64,000 nt of DNA, taken from IMG/VR virus record IMGVR_UViG_3300020438_004435; one strand, written 5' to 3'. This document shows positions 20,350-32,017 of the stretch, piece after piece (the first letter of the stretch is position 1; every line of letters starts with the position of its first letter). A program made the position numbers and the translations under genes. The notes under the pieces are model-generated. The model was not told the origin of the DNA. It ran no database searches and worked only from the letters and a program-made list of their open reading frames with translations. This DNA is from a virus.

Positions 20350-23300
20350 TTATCTTATACTTAAATCACCTTCGAATCCGCCAAAATTAGTAACTAATTT
20401 ATTTGGATCAACAATATTAATTGTTACCACTGGTGATCCGTTATCTGTTTGCAAACTTTCTGCGTTAAAATCCAACCCTGATATCTTGCAACCTTCATAT
20501 CTCAGTCTTCGTTGAGCTGTTGTTCCTTCTAAATTATAATCAGATATTTCCGCTCTATGTAATGACTGACTATATGCATATTCACTCATAGGATAAACAA
20601 ATGTTCCATTACCATCATGCGTAGAACCTAATGAGGCACTAAATGATGATGAATAGAAAAATCTAGAAGACATACGAGCATGTCCACTTCCATCCTTGAA
20701 ACGTGAGTATCTTTGCGTTTCTATTATTGCACCTGTTGGTGATGCTTTCCAATCAGGTGTTTTACTTGAAGTAAATTCTCCTGTGAAATAATGACCATTA
20801 GCTAAATTGCCATAAGCAGGTGCACCAGTTCCAGCAAATTTTCTTTTCCATTGTGTATAACTATATTTAGAGGATGACACAGATAAACCGAGCGAAATAG
20901 TATCACTAACTTCAATTGATAAACTACCAACCTTATCTCCTTCATGAGATAAAACTTTTGTTTGCTGTCCTCTTTGTTTTATTGCCTCAAAACCTTTTCT
21001 CTTTTGAGTAGGTAATTCATTTCCTATTAATATAAATGGATCATCATTGGTTCCAATAGTTCCAACTATTTCTACACTATTTTGAACAAATGTATCATGA
21101 GTTTGTTTTTGATGTCTATCTACCTGACCAAATTGAGGTTCTGCCTTAAATGTTTTTAATGTAGCATATTGTCTTTCTCTTTTAGGTTCTATCTTAACTG
21201 GATTTGCCTTTGGAGTTTTTTGTGATAAGCTAGCTGATAATACAGGAGTATCTATTTGTGGCCCAATTGCTTGAACCTGTGGTTTAGGAATGGTTGGTAA
21301 GGTAGGAGCTTTAATTTTCTTAAAATCCTCTGGCTTACGAATAATCTGTTGAGTCTTACCGCTTCCTAATACTCTTATTTTTCTTGGTGGTGTTTTAGAT
21401 CTTTCCAACACATGTGGTTCAATTACAATACCTACATCAGCGTTAGCTCTTGCTGGTAGCATTTGCTTGATCATAGTAAATAAAGACATATCATAATTTT
21501 TTAATATGTTTAGATATGCTTGTGAATCATTTTCCTTATTGGTATATTTTTTGAAATATTTTTTTGCAAATGATTTCAAATCAGGGTAGTCTATAAAATG
21601 TCTATGTCTTGGATCTCCAATATAATCATCTAAATTTATTCCACCTACATGATTAAATATATCGGTATTGGTTAAATCTGTTGGCGAAAAATAAACACCC
21701 ATTTCATTAGTGTCTAAAGAATATTCATCACCTGTAGCTCTTACCGCTCTACCATCAACATGTAATTCTTTTATCTTTTTCTGATTTGTCTGAACCCTAA
21801 TCTTATCACTAGTATACATGTTAGGACCAATTTCAGGAGTATCAGTATAATGTCTATCATTAACAACCTTATAATTAATTGTATTAGGCCCATTTTGTAA
21901 GGTTCCTGAAATCGGATATGATCCAGCTGCATCCCATGTTCCCCATCTTTGATCCGGTTGAGATGAAAATACTTCTGGAGAACTACCTGTTCTATTTGAT
22001 CCTGAATAATGAACTACTGAATCATTTAATCTAAGACGTACTAGTAAATCATCATAGGATGATGTTTCATTATTACCATTATACATATGAGGAGCTAATA
22101 CATGTTGATTAAAAGTAGATTCGGATAGAGGCATAGCCCAATATCTAAAATCAGCAACGCTTCCTGAAAATAATTGACCAAATACTGGATCGGAATAAGG
22201 TGACTTATACATTTCAACCGTAGCTGGTGCAACTCCTGCAGCTGATGAAGTAATCCATCCTCCAAGATAAGCTTGAGTACCAATTGTTCCAGATGACCAT
22301 GAATTATTTATACTAGATGAAAATCCTGTTCCTGACATCAATTGATCACTTCCAGTTACTGATAAACTTGATGTAGCTATTTGATCAATTGTTCCATAGT
22401 TAGCTCTTTTCATCATTACTTCATATGTGAATTTTGATGATGTATGATATTGTCCATATTTCCATGGCTTATCAGTAGCATGTCTATTTAATACAATTGA
22501 ACACCATCCTTCACCTTCCGTTTCATTTGATTCGTCAAATATTTTAATTTTATTTGTTGATGATGAAACATATCCATCTGAACTAGATACTACAAATTTA
22601 ACATATCCAAATTCAGTAAGGCCTTCTATGCCTGCAGGATATGAAAATGTAGATGATTGGCTTCTATGTAAAACCAATCCCATTCTATTTCCAACTTGCC
22701 ATAATGATTGGCTTTCTTCTGTTGGTATTCCTCTACCAGTATACGTTCTAGGATTAAATCTAAATTCTACTGCATTAGGATAAACGGCAGATGATGTTAC
22801 ATATCCTATTGTTTTTTGATGTGGCTTCCAAGGAGTAGATATAGATTCTGAAGCTTGTAAATTTAATACATAAGTAAAATCATCTGTAATATATTTTGCA
22901 GATTGGTCTCCTTTAATTGAGGAACCATATTCCCTAATTCTTAATATACTAGATGGAACTCCATAACAATTTATTAATGCTCTAATACCTCTAGAGGTTC
23001 CTTTCGATTTTAATAAGAAAGGTAGATTATTAATTATACGTCTCCATACTTCTGATGTTCTTTCTTTGGATGACATTGTTTGCAGTGAACCAGTAGCTTG
23101 TTGATGGAATCCTGTTTCATTTTTTCCAAGTAGATAATACCATAATTCTTGATTAGGATCTCCATCTACTAAATTCATACCATATGATTTTGCTACATGA
23201 TAAAGTATATCTTCATGTAATCCTTTTTTCTTTTCATAAAATTCATCATGTTTCCTATTAGATCTATCAGATAGATGTTTAATATAAGTCCATAGTAGAT

Positions 23301-24840
23301 CATAATGATGTCCTATCATATTCAGGAATAGTCCGTAGGTTTCATTAGCCATTTGACCCCCGCCTTCCCTTAAATATTCCGGCATCGTGTATATTAAATT
23401 ATTTTGATTTGATTTATCAAAAGCACTAGCTGATGCAATAGCTGCATTATACCAAGTAGATACTGCTGATGATGTCAAATTAAATAATTCATAATTTCTT
23501 CCTGGTAGGAATGCGCTGTGTAATGCCCAATCATATTTATCATCATCCTCCCAAGATAGCCAATTGCTTTCGTAATTATCATTTTTATACGAACCTGATA
23601 TTTTAGGGTATGGTGTTATAACAGATCTAGTCCAATCTTCTAATCCTCCATCCATTGAACCTGATGTAGTAATATATTTATCATTAGAACCACTATCATA
23701 ATATACCCATTTTTCAAAATCATCAAATCCATTAAGAACCTTATATTTCAAATCTATAAATTTCTTTTGATAATTATTTACATATGTTTGATTAGTATAG
23801 GATCCAGACCATTCCTCACCACCATTATATTTTCTTATTTCCTTATCGTATTGACCTATTAATTGTAATTTATATTTGAAATTTTTAATTCTTTCTTCTG
23901 CAGAACTAAAATGAATATAATTTCCAAAAATAGAATAATCAATATTTAATGGTATACCTTGTAAACTAGATGAGAATGTTGTATTAATTATTTCCTGAGA
24001 AGTATCATTATCCGTTCCTAATAAATCATTCCAACTTCTATAATCCGATTCTACTCTTGGAGTAGTATCTAAGCATAAATCAAAATTAGGTCTTAATGTT
24101 TGTTTTAATCTAAAATCCGAATCCGGAACTAGGTTAATTCTTTCTACTACTGGAGGAGCTATTTCAGTTGATAACCAACACTTTTGTTTTTTTGTAATGC
24201 CGGGTGGTAATGGTTCATATAATTTTAATACTATAGATCTAGGAATCGTGGCAGATGCTACATCGTCTACTTCCCATCCTGATGCTATTGATACATTATT
24301 CTTACCAAAATTTACTATCAGGTCTACCCATGATCCAACACAGAATGGAATTGATTTTGATTGGCCACTAAATTTTTCATAGTCTCCATAAAATTTTTGT
24401 TTCTTATCTGGATTTTCTCTTACGGTTGGAACTATACGAATCTCATCTCTAGTATCAGATATTTCCTGAACATAAAATTGGCTTTCTAAATTAGGAGCTC
24501 CAACTCTATCTCTAAAGAAATTATAAGCTACTGTAAAAGCGCCTTTCTCAAAATTTAATTTTTTAAGATTTGCTGCAAGAGTAAGATTTATAGATTGTTC
24601 TTTATCTTTATCTAAAGCTACGGAAAAATTTTCTACATTATGATCTGATGAAATTAATTTTCCTGATATATCGTATATATGAAGTTCAACCCTATCTCCT
24701 GGATCTTTTCCAAATTCAGGATTTAATAATTGACCATTAATGCTAGGCATTAAATCTATATCTTCGGGCTTATATCTTTCCGCACGGGTCTGCCCTTTTA
24801 ATTTTATAGGGTCATCTATATTTTGATATTTTATTGGCAT
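20350..24840 (-). CDS. Large virion structural protein (putative baseplate component), 1496 aa
   Basis: Long ORF within the baseplate block; LamG-like central region (VEFRF, GQLFSGSVADFRYW). Confidence 0.55.
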   Translation of the reverse strand: MPIKYQNIDDPIKLKGQTRAERYKPEDIDLMPSINGQLLNPEFGKDPGDRVELHIYDISGKLISSDHNVENFSVALDKDKEQSINLTLAANLKKLNFEKGAFTVAYNFFRDRVGAPNLESQFYVQEISDTRDEIRIVPTVRENPDKKQKFYGDYEKFSGQSKSIPFCVGSWVDLIVNFGKNNVSIASGWEVDDVASATIPRSIVLKLYEPLPPGITKKQKCWLSTEIAPPVVERINLVPDSDFRLKQTLRPNFDLCLDTTPRVESDYRSWNDLLGTDNDTSQEIINTTFSSSLQGIPLNIDYSIFGNYIHFSSAEERIKNFKYKLQLIGQYDKEIRKYNGGEEWSGSYTNQTYVNNYQKKFIDLKYKVLNGFDDFEKWVYYDSGSNDKYITTSGSMDGGLEDWTRSVITPYPKISGSYKNDNYESNWLSWEDDDKYDWALHSAFLPGRNYELFNLTSSAVSTWYNAAIASASAFDKSNQNNLIYTMPEYLREGGGQMANETYGLFLNMIGHHYDLLWTYIKHLSDRSNRKHDEFYEKKKGLHEDILYHVAKSYGMNLVDGDPNQELWYYLLGKNETGFHQQATGSLQTMSSKERTSEVWRRIINNLPFLLKSKGTSRGIRALINCYGVPSSILRIREYGSSIKGDQSAKYITDDFTYVLNLQASESISTPWKPHQKTIGYVTSSAVYPNAVEFRFNPRTYTGRGIPTEESQSLWQVGNRMGLVLHRSQSSTFSYPAGIEGLTEFGYVKFVVSSSDGYVSSSTNKIKIFDESNETEGEGWCSIVLNRHATDKPWKYGQYHTSSKFTYEVMMKRANYGTIDQIATSSLSVTGSDQLMSGTGFSSSINNSWSSGTIGTQAYLGGWITSSAAGVAPATVEMYKSPYSDPVFGQLFSGSVADFRYWAMPLSESTFNQHVLAPHMYNGNNETSSYDDLLVRLRLNDSVVHYSGSNRTGSSPEVFSSQPDQRWGTWDAAGSYPISGTLQNGPNTINYKVVNDRHYTDTPEIGPNMYTSDKIRVQTNQKKIKELHVDGRAVRATGDEYSLDTNEMGVYFSPTDLTNTDIFNHVGGINLDDYIGDPRHRHFIDYPDLKSFAKKYFKKYTNKENDSQAYLNILKNYDMSLFTMIKQMLPARANADVGIVIEPHVLERSKTPPRKIRVLGSGKTQQIIRKPEDFKKIKAPTLPTIPKPQVQAIGPQIDTPVLSASLSQKTPKANPVKIEPKRERQYATLKTFKAEPQFGQVDRHQKQTHDTFVQNSVEIVGTIGTNDDPFILIGNELPTQKRKGFEAIKQRGQQTKVLSHEGDKVGSLSIEVSDTISLGLSVSSSKYSYTQWKRKFAGTGAPAYGNLANGHYFTGEFTSSKTPDWKASPTGAIIETQRYSRFKDGSGHARMSSRFFYSSSFSASLGSTHDGNGTFVYPMSEYAYSQSLHRAEISDYNLEGTTAQRRLRYEGCKISGLDFNAESLQTDNGSPVVTINIVDPNKLVTNFGGFEGDLSIR

Positions 24841-24843
24841 AAA

Positions 24844-25866
24844 TTAACGCTTTCCAGATTTTATTCTACCAACTAATGATGATGGTCTAGTATCAATAAC
24901 TTCTCTATATTTTTCTGCATCGAAAAATCTTCTATTTAATGATATATTTAATTTAGCCGTTTCCCCGCCACGAATTAATATAATACCAAGATTATTTCTA
25001 TTATAAGAGGTTTTTAATTTTTTGGATGCTGCATATTGTGGATTGTCCTTATCTATTTCAATTGGAAATTCTAATACCTGTTCATCCCATATATTTTTCA
25101 TTTCACTATCAAGATCTCCTCCTACTGCTTCTCTCAGTGCTTGTCTTTTAGCTGATGATAATTTTTGTTCCGAAGGAATATATCCAGCTGCACATATCTT
25201 TACTTCAGGTGGTGCTGGTGGTATTATTTCTTCAGTAAAATCTTCTACTACCTCTTCAGGCTCTACAGGATATTCACATCTACCATTCTCCTTATTAGCT
25301 GAAGGATTATAATTTAATGCGTTAGGATCTGTACATCCTATAATAGGAATTTCTATATCATTAATAGAGTCATTAATATCATTAAGTGTTTTAATAATAT
25401 CTGGAAAATTTATTGGAGGTAGAATATCCTCTTGTGGATCACAAACCTTTTGATTGGAAGCTAATATAGCTCCTGGATCTACCGTTCCTAAAATAGTGGT
25501 TGCAGTTGGATTATCTGCAAATATTTTTGGAGGCCTTACTGGAGCTGGAGTAGGGATTTCTTTTTTGGTATCTATTGATACTATCGCACTTTCAGAATTT
25601 TTTATTATTTTATCCACTACCGTTCTTGGAGGAGGTGTATTTCCGCCAGTCTCTCTTGAAGGCCTTATAACAGGACTTTCTCCTTGAGGTCTTCTAATTG
25701 GTGATACCGAAGCTCTTGATGGAGAAGCTTGTCTTATAGGACCTGCTGGTGGTAATGTAGATGGAGTTGGTCTTCCTGTTGGTCTAGCAACAGGTGATGC
25801 AGGTAGACTATTGGATCTTCCTCTATTTGCTCTTAGCGGTCTTCTATTACTTCTGTTTACTGCCAT
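24844..25866 (-). CDS. Pro/Arg-rich hypothetical protein with one GCTDxxAxNY motif
   Basis: Disordered N-terminus; IIGCTDPNALNYNPSANKENGRCEY resembles a repeat common in marine FCB-group secreted proteins. Confidence 0.6.
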   Translation of the reverse strand: MAVNRSNRRPLRANRGRSNSLPASPVARPTGRPTPSTLPPAGPIRQASPSRASVSPIRRPQGESPVIRPSRETGGNTPPPRTVVDKIIKNSESAIVSIDTKKEIPTPAPVRPPKIFADNPTATTILGTVDPGAILASNQKVCDPQEDILPPINFPDIIKTLNDINDSINDIEIPIIGCTDPNALNYNPSANKENGRCEYPVEPEEVVEDFTEEIIPPAPPEVKICAAGYIPSEQKLSSAKRQALREAVGGDLDSEMKNIWDEQVLEFPIEIDKDNPQYAASKKLKTSYNRNNLGIILIRGGETAKLNISLNRRFFDAEKYREVIDTRPSSLVGRIKSGKR

Positions 25867-27041
25867 TATCTATTCACCTTAAAATAATATCCGTCATCAT
25901 ACTCTACGTAAGTTCCATCGGATTGTGTTACATGAAATCTTAATTTATAATATCTTTTTGGTAGGAAGGTATCCATCCTTAAATTAAAAAATGAACCATC
26001 ACTATCACAACTTAATTTTGAACCAGTTGGATCATAAGGTACAATTATATCTTCCGTTAAAGCATCCGTTACTGAATAGTATGAATGGCTTGGTAAATAT
26101 TTAGTAGTCTTATAATTAGAGGATGTTTGAAATGTTCTAGTAGGATATCTTTCTCTTGCTGCTACTCTTATCTTAGGAGTCTCTCTAACCGTATATTCAT
26201 TTTTTAGATTTTTAAGATGAATTATATTATCTGTATTTCCTAATGCAGATAAAGTACCTGTATCAAATTTTGTGTCATCATATACAACCTCCATTCTTGG
26301 TTGATATATAGTATTAGTTTCTCTAGAGAAGAAATTGAGATTACCATATTGAACAGCATTAGTTTCTTCCGAGCCTGATCTCATTAATATAAATCCTTCA
26401 TTGGCTACAGGTAATGTATTAGCATAATTTGATCCCGTTCCTATCCATCTATTTACTATAGGAGTTACATTCATTCTTACATCAGCTGATTCATAATCAA
26501 AACTTTGAGTACCATAATATTCATGCCACCATGATCCACCTCCAGAAACATTATTATATAATACCCTTGAAGTAGATGGAGCTAAATCAGTTCCAGTTAA
26601 ATCATAAGATGCTGATGTCCATTTTATATCTCCAGATGAATTTTGTTCATCATATATTTTATTTCTATATAACCAACTTGCTCCTCTCGTTTGATTATTA
26701 GTGCCTCTGCCTGAAAATCTATTTGCTACTGGTTCTTGTAATTTACCCGTTCCCATTTCCCATGATTGAGAAACCGCATACGCTACTAAATTATATTTAT
26801 CCATTAATTCTTCAGCTTCTGCAATATATAAATTAAGATAATATTTAGGATTTACAATATCACCTGATACTACTGATTTTGATATAGCGCTAAAATCAAA
26901 TTGAGTAAGTATTCTAGAAGTATATATTCCTGCAGATGAGGAAGCTTTATTCAATTGAACAAATTCATCAACTCCAGTATTCAAACTTTTTGAAAGTTCG
27001 TATATTGTTGTATCCTTTTCTACGTATAGTGATCTAATCAT
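25866..27041 (-). CDS. DNRLRE-like domain structural protein
   Basis: KDTTIYE...SRILTQFD...YLNLY...AVSQSWEMG...NEGFILM pattern. Confidence 0.55.
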   Translation of the reverse strand: MIRSLYVEKDTTIYELSKSLNTGVDEFVQLNKASSSAGIYTSRILTQFDFSAISKSVVSGDIVNPKYYLNLYIAEAEELMDKYNLVAYAVSQSWEMGTGKLQEPVANRFSGRGTNNQTRGASWLYRNKIYDEQNSSGDIKWTSASYDLTGTDLAPSTSRVLYNNVSGGGSWWHEYYGTQSFDYESADVRMNVTPIVNRWIGTGSNYANTLPVANEGFILMRSGSEETNAVQYGNLNFFSRETNTIYQPRMEVVYDDTKFDTGTLSALGNTDNIIHLKNLKNEYTVRETPKIRVAARERYPTRTFQTSSNYKTTKYLPSHSYYSVTDALTEDIIVPYDPTGSKLSCDSDGSFFNLRMDTFLPKRYYKLRFHVTQSDGTYVEYDDGYYFKVNR

Positions 27042-27049
27042 AATAATTC

Positions 27050-28936
27050 CTATATATTTGTTACTCTACCCTTGATATCCGATTTAGGATATTTTACTTC
27101 AAAGATACTTGGATCAAGTGCAGGATATACTACGCCATCTCGAGTTGCTGTTTTTATATCATATACATTACCAGAATACCCTTGCTCCTTATCAAAGAAA
27201 TTAATAATATTAGCTGTTGGAACGGATTGTACTCCTTTAACACTTATTAATAAACTTAATATATCTGATAATATAACCGGTTCATTTATTTGCCATCTAT
27301 CAATATTAAAATGATCAACCATTTCATCAATACATTTTAATAATACATCATTTGAATTAAAACCTGGTAAGGTTACTATTTCAAAATCTAATCCTATATT
27401 AATAATGAAAGCATCTTTTAATGTGACAGAATCTGTTAATATTCTAAATGGAGTAAGATAATTTTTTATATTTTCCTTGGTTGCTTCATTATTGGTAATA
27501 AGTTTTTTATTAGCATCATATCCTAATGTATACATATTAATTGCTAATGGGTTATTTAGTTTATGTAATTTAGTATGATTATTTAATTGTTCATCTTGAG
27601 CTACATATGCCTTTGCTACCGAGCCAAACCTAGATGGCATTGTCATTACCCTAATCATATAATCATCACGAGTTACACATCTATTTTGAGCATTGAAATA
27701 TGCTAATGCATTTCTTCGAATCTCCTCAACAGTTTCTCCTTGTCTACCCCCTTGAGCAGCACCAGGATTTATTAATGCTATAGAACTTTTGGTATTATTA
27801 AATAAGGTTTCATCTAATCCATTTCCTGTAGATGATATATTAAGAGTATCTATTTTAGTAATAGTTTGAGAAGAAACATTATCTTCTATTCCACCTCCAT
27901 AAGTATAATGAACAGTAATCGTTGTATTGCCAGGAGCCTGGCCATATGTTCTTGTATGCATGAAATTAGTTGGATCGATAGCTTTATCTAATTGTCCTGC
28001 TACACCTGGTAATATAGAACCTACATTATTTGGATTTGGTATTATCTCTTCATCCGCTTGTATATTACCACCAGCTCCAAATTCTATAATCATAGCTCCG
28101 TCTTCTCTTACTCTAGTAATATATCTTTTAGATGTTCTTTTTTGTTTTAATAAATAAGGAGTCTCATGATTGTATTGGGTTAAAGACGGATCATTAAATT
28201 GATTATTAGTTATTTCTTTATATATCGTATCCTGAGCTAAATAAGGTACTGAATGATATTCATTATCATTGGCATCAGTAACTTTAATTATTTCAATTAT
28301 ATTTTTTCTACCCAAAGCTAATTGTAAAAATGGCTTAGCCGTACCTACACTAAATGTTTCACTAGCTACCTTTCCAGATTCAAATTTAATATTTTTCTTT
28401 AATAAATAATATGTAGCTTCTCCAGTAGTATCATCCGTCGTAAAGATTGAAGTGTCCGTTAAATCATTAGATCCTGAATAACTAAAATCAATAGGTTGTT
28501 TATTTCTAAATACGGATCCATTTTCTGCTATTACTGTAGCTCCTGAATCTATAGCCATTGAATATCTATAATCCGGTCTATTAGTATTACCTGCTCCTAT
28601 AGCTGGTACGGTTTGAAATACATCTACATTTACTGCTGCAGCAGTAGTCTGTCTAGGTATATATCCCAATGCTTGAGCCATTGCTGTTACGTTTCGCTTT
28701 TCAGTAGCATAAGGTAACATCGATTCCTTAAATTGGTTATCTATATAGTAACTTAATAAGTCACCTACATAAGCGGATGTTTCCAAAAACATCATTCCTG
28801 GTGATGATTCATTAAAATCATTTACGGTATTAGGATAATATGTTTTTGCAAATTCAATTAAATTTTCACGAAGACTATTAAAGTCCTTACCTAAATAATT
28901 GATATCCTTTACTATTTTATTATTAATATCTGGCAT
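27050..28936 (-). CDS. Baseplate wedge subunit (T4 gp6-like)
   Basis: N-terminus YLGKDFNSLRENL...DFNESSPGMMFLETSAYVGDLLSYYID; AQNRCVTRDDY motif. Confidence 0.85.
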   Translation of the reverse strand: MPDINNKIVKDINYLGKDFNSLRENLIEFAKTYYPNTVNDFNESSPGMMFLETSAYVGDLLSYYIDNQFKESMLPYATEKRNVTAMAQALGYIPRQTTAAAVNVDVFQTVPAIGAGNTNRPDYRYSMAIDSGATVIAENGSVFRNKQPIDFSYSGSNDLTDTSIFTTDDTTGEATYYLLKKNIKFESGKVASETFSVGTAKPFLQLALGRKNIIEIIKVTDANDNEYHSVPYLAQDTIYKEITNNQFNDPSLTQYNHETPYLLKQKRTSKRYITRVREDGAMIIEFGAGGNIQADEEIIPNPNNVGSILPGVAGQLDKAIDPTNFMHTRTYGQAPGNTTITVHYTYGGGIEDNVSSQTITKIDTLNISSTGNGLDETLFNNTKSSIALINPGAAQGGRQGETVEEIRRNALAYFNAQNRCVTRDDYMIRVMTMPSRFGSVAKAYVAQDEQLNNHTKLHKLNNPLAINMYTLGYDANKKLITNNEATKENIKNYLTPFRILTDSVTLKDAFIINIGLDFEIVTLPGFNSNDVLLKCIDEMVDHFNIDRWQINEPVILSDILSLLISVKGVQSVPTANIINFFDKEQGYSGNVYDIKTATRDGVVYPALDPSIFEVKYPKSDIKGRVTNI

Positions 28937-28944
28937 AATTTATC

Positions 28945-29373
28945 CTATGTTACTTCAATCGATGAATCTGAACCGAATGCGAATGTTATAGTAGAATCCG
29001 AAAAGGCATCTGCCTTTAATGAAAATGCTATATCGACATTAATTCTATATTCATTTATTTGTTTGTCTTCTCTAGTTGTTTCAATCCTATTAAGTTTAAT
29101 ATACGGCAACCAATAATTAACCGCATCCACTATTTCCTCCTTAATACTTCTTTCAATTCCATCTACATTAGGTTCAAATATAATTCTTCTTAAATTAGTT
29201 CCAAAATGTGGTTGCATAAATCTTTCGCCTTTTTGTGTTAATAATAGATTCATTAAATTAGTTCTTGTCTGATCTATTGTAGTATAATTTAACGCAAAAT
29301 TAGATTGACCAGGACCGAAAGGTAATCTCAATCCTACTGCTAAGTCCGGGTTATTATCTAATGCTGATGGCAT
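28945..29373 (-). CDS. Baseplate wedge protein (T4 gp25-like, GPW/gp25 family)
   Basis: NLMNLLLTQKGERFMQPHFGTNL...WLPYIKL motif; adjacent to the gp6-like gene. Confidence 0.88.
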   Translation of the reverse strand: MPSALDNNPDLAVGLRLPFGPGQSNFALNYTTIDQTRTNLMNLLLTQKGERFMQPHFGTNLRRIIFEPNVDGIERSIKEEIVDAVNYWLPYIKLNRIETTREDKQINEYRINVDIAFSLKADAFSDSTITFAFGSDSSIEVT

Positions 29374-29377
29374 CTAT

Positions 29378-29914
29378 TTATCCTTTTTTCTTATTAATAG
29401 CTTTCATTAATCCGCTATAGTCTCTAGTCAATGCATTTGCTACCTCTGGTGCTACCTCTGTTGCTCTTTGCGGAGCTCCAGATACATTTGTTTTAGGCAT
29501 CATTTCCTCTAAGGTAGGTGCTGCATTAGTAACCTGTTGTGTCATATCACCATAACCCAACATATTTGCTAGTTTGTTTCTGTCAGGTAATCCTGCTTGG
29601 GCTTGTGTAGACGTAAAGGTCTGGTTATTCATATCTGGATATTCTTCTTGAGCAGGTACCATTGTCTGAGCTGTTTCATTAAGAATATCATTAAGTTGTT
29701 GATTCTTCGTATAATTCTTTTTTTGTTGTGCAGGCTTAACTCTAGGTTTAATACTATCCATTAAAGATACACCTCTACTAATCCCGTCAGTAAAATCGGA
29801 CTTCTTAGCAGGTTTTCTATTTACCATTTCATTTATAACCTGTTTAACTTCTTTACGAACCTCTTCTTTTACAATTTTACGAATAACTTTTGCTAATTTG
29901 TTTGTTGTGTCCAT
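29378..29914 (-). CDS. Hypothetical protein
   Basis: 178-aa ORF with a GAGG leader; LNDILNETA motif. Confidence 0.7.
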   Translation of the reverse strand: MDTTNKLAKVIRKIVKEEVRKEVKQVINEMVNRKPAKKSDFTDGISRGVSLMDSIKPRVKPAQQKKNYTKNQQLNDILNETAQTMVPAQEEYPDMNNQTFTSTQAQAGLPDRNKLANMLGYGDMTQQVTNAAPTLEEMMPKTNVSGAPQRATEVAPEVANALTRDYSGLMKAINKKKG

Positions 29915-29990
29915 GTTAATTCCTCTTTATAGTTTGTCTAATATAAATATCAATTATGTGAAAATATTAATCTTAATTCACACATTTCAT

Positions 29991-30557
29991 TTATTCTACA
30001 CCTACCCACGGCAGTGGTGGACTAGGCACTGGGCTTGGTGCTGCTGGTATCAGTCCTAAATAGATACCCGTTATTTGTTTCAAATGATTTTTGAATGCCT
30101 TTATTAATAAAGGAGCTATTCTACTTGCATCCTCTTGGGTGAACGCATCCATAATTTCAACCCCAAGTGGCATAGGTGCTCCTGGAAATAATTGTTGTAC
30201 TCCAACTGTTGGTGCTATACATGGAGGGTGTGGTGGAAGTGGAATATATACAGGTGCAGCCCAGGCTGATACTACTCCTGTAGCAGCTAACATATAAGGT
30301 GCTATTGAAAGATTTACTGGTGTTGAAGCCATTTGAGCAAAGCATGCTGCAAAGCCACTTTCTATACTTGGAATAATAACACCGCCAGATACTATATTAC
30401 CCTTACCAACTATTGATGCTGTTTTAATTGCAGTATCATATGCGCTAGCAATTTGAGATGCTGTATCTGCTCCAAAGCTTTGTTGATCTCCACCTTCACC
30501 AAATCCCTCGAACCATTGATTTAATATAGATTCTGCTACTGGCCACATTGCTGGCAT
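29991..30557 (-). CDS. Hypothetical protein, possibly spike-associated
   Basis: 188 aa, Pro-rich C-terminus (PAAPSPVPSPPLPWVG); directly downstream of the gp5-like gene; AGGAG leader. Confidence 0.6.
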   Translation of the reverse strand: MPAMWPVAESILNQWFEGFGEGGDQQSFGADTASQIASAYDTAIKTASIVGKGNIVSGGVIIPSIESGFAACFAQMASTPVNLSIAPYMLAATGVVSAWAAPVYIPLPPHPPCIAPTVGVQQLFPGAPMPLGVEIMDAFTQEDASRIAPLLIKAFKNHLKQITGIYLGLIPAAPSPVPSPPLPWVGVE

Positions 30558-30568
30558 ATTAATTTCTC

Positions 30569-32017
30569 CTAAGGTTGAACGTATACCGTTTGACTATACT
30601 GTGTAGGTATATCTGCTTTAAGTGCTGCTAGATCTGATTGTTGACTTCCATATTGTGGCGCTTGTACTGGAGGACCAGATGGACCACAAGGTGTCGGATG
30701 TATTTCAGATTGTAATGTTGTTAACATTGCATCAACTATATCACAAAATCTTGCCTTCCATGAATCATCAACATCACCCATTACTAATGGATGGCCTGCC
30801 GTACTTCCAACTGTTGGTGCACCACCTTCAGCTGAATCTTGTTCGACACCTAAATAAATTAAAGGGCATTCTAATTCAAATTTTTCAGTTGCATTAAGAT
30901 ATACTGATGGAGTATCTACCAGTAACTCGCTTCCTGCATCTAATGTTAAATCCGTTTCAGTAGTTAATCCTATTCCACCACCACCAAATATATATGTTCC
31001 AGCTTCCCTGCTATTAAGAACTAATCGATTAGATGTTAATAATATTTGACCCTGTCTTTCACCTTCTCCATCAATTAAATCATCTGTAGTAGGTGCTGTA
31101 AGATCTTCGCCGACTGTATTTGTTCCAGCTTCAAAAGATAGTGCATCATATTTGGTAGAACCAAATGTTAATGGTACTGTCTGTCCTCTCGTCATCCAAA
31201 TAGTAGAAGCTTCTAAATCAGGAGTCTCTATTACATGTTCTCCACCATCTTCTAAATCTTGATCTTGTCCGTTTCGTATAATTAAAATTGGTTCAGTTGG
31301 ATCATCGGTAGAAGGATCAGACCATACATTAGCAGGTTCTCCTTTTACTGCAGAACCAAATCTTATTGATTGGCCAAACCTACCCTCAAATGTTATATCA
31401 CCCTCATATGGTTGTAATGGTCTTATCTTAGCTTGTTCCTTAAATGTATCTCCAAATTCAAGACCATCTTCATCTCCTGTTTTATTTGGATTACCAAATC
31501 CAACATCTTTATATTTTTCAATTAATGCCTTATCAAGAGAATCATCTGTATTAGGATTTGGAACACTTACAAATGGTAAAGCATTATGGTGAACAGATCC
31601 CCACATATTAATTCTATTCGAATAATATAATACTTCTGATTCTGATGATTCTACAGCTCCCTTATTTATGTAATTAGTTACTAGAACTATTTCATGTTTT
31701 ATTGGGTAGTGTTTTATATGAGTATCTAGAGGAACTGCAAATGGTAATCTTGTAAGGTCAGCTACATCCTGATCCGAAAATACTCTACGAACCTTTATCA
31801 TACCTATTTGTTCAGATGGATCCTCTATCTCGGAATCATATAAATCATGTGAATCATTTAATATGATATCTACAACCTCTGCAGGTTCTACTTGAAAGAA
31901 TTCTTCTGATGATCCTCTTACATTAGCATCATTTACTGTTTGTACACCTCTATCAATTGATAATGGTGAATCCTTACCAGCATTTGCTCTTCTACTTGTT
32001 TTGCGTTTGAATGCCAT
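30569..32017 (-). CDS. Baseplate hub/spike protein (gp5/VgrG-like)
   Basis: OB-fold-like N-terminus (IGMIKVRR...HYPIKHEIV), EGDITFEGRFGQSIRFGS, C-terminal HPTPCGPSGPP. Confidence 0.65.
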   Translation of the reverse strand: MAFKRKTSRRANAGKDSPLSIDRGVQTVNDANVRGSSEEFFQVEPAEVVDIILNDSHDLYDSEIEDPSEQIGMIKVRRVFSDQDVADLTRLPFAVPLDTHIKHYPIKHEIVLVTNYINKGAVESSESEVLYYSNRINMWGSVHHNALPFVSVPNPNTDDSLDKALIEKYKDVGFGNPNKTGDEDGLEFGDTFKEQAKIRPLQPYEGDITFEGRFGQSIRFGSAVKGEPANVWSDPSTDDPTEPILIIRNGQDQDLEDGGEHVIETPDLEASTIWMTRGQTVPLTFGSTKYDALSFEAGTNTVGEDLTAPTTDDLIDGEGERQGQILLTSNRLVLNSREAGTYIFGGGGIGLTTETDLTLDAGSELLVDTPSVYLNATEKFELECPLIYLGVEQDSAEGGAPTVGSTAGHPLVMGDVDDSWKARFCDIVDAMLTTLQSEIHPTPCGPSGPPVQAPQYGSQQSDLAALKADIPTQYSQTVYVQP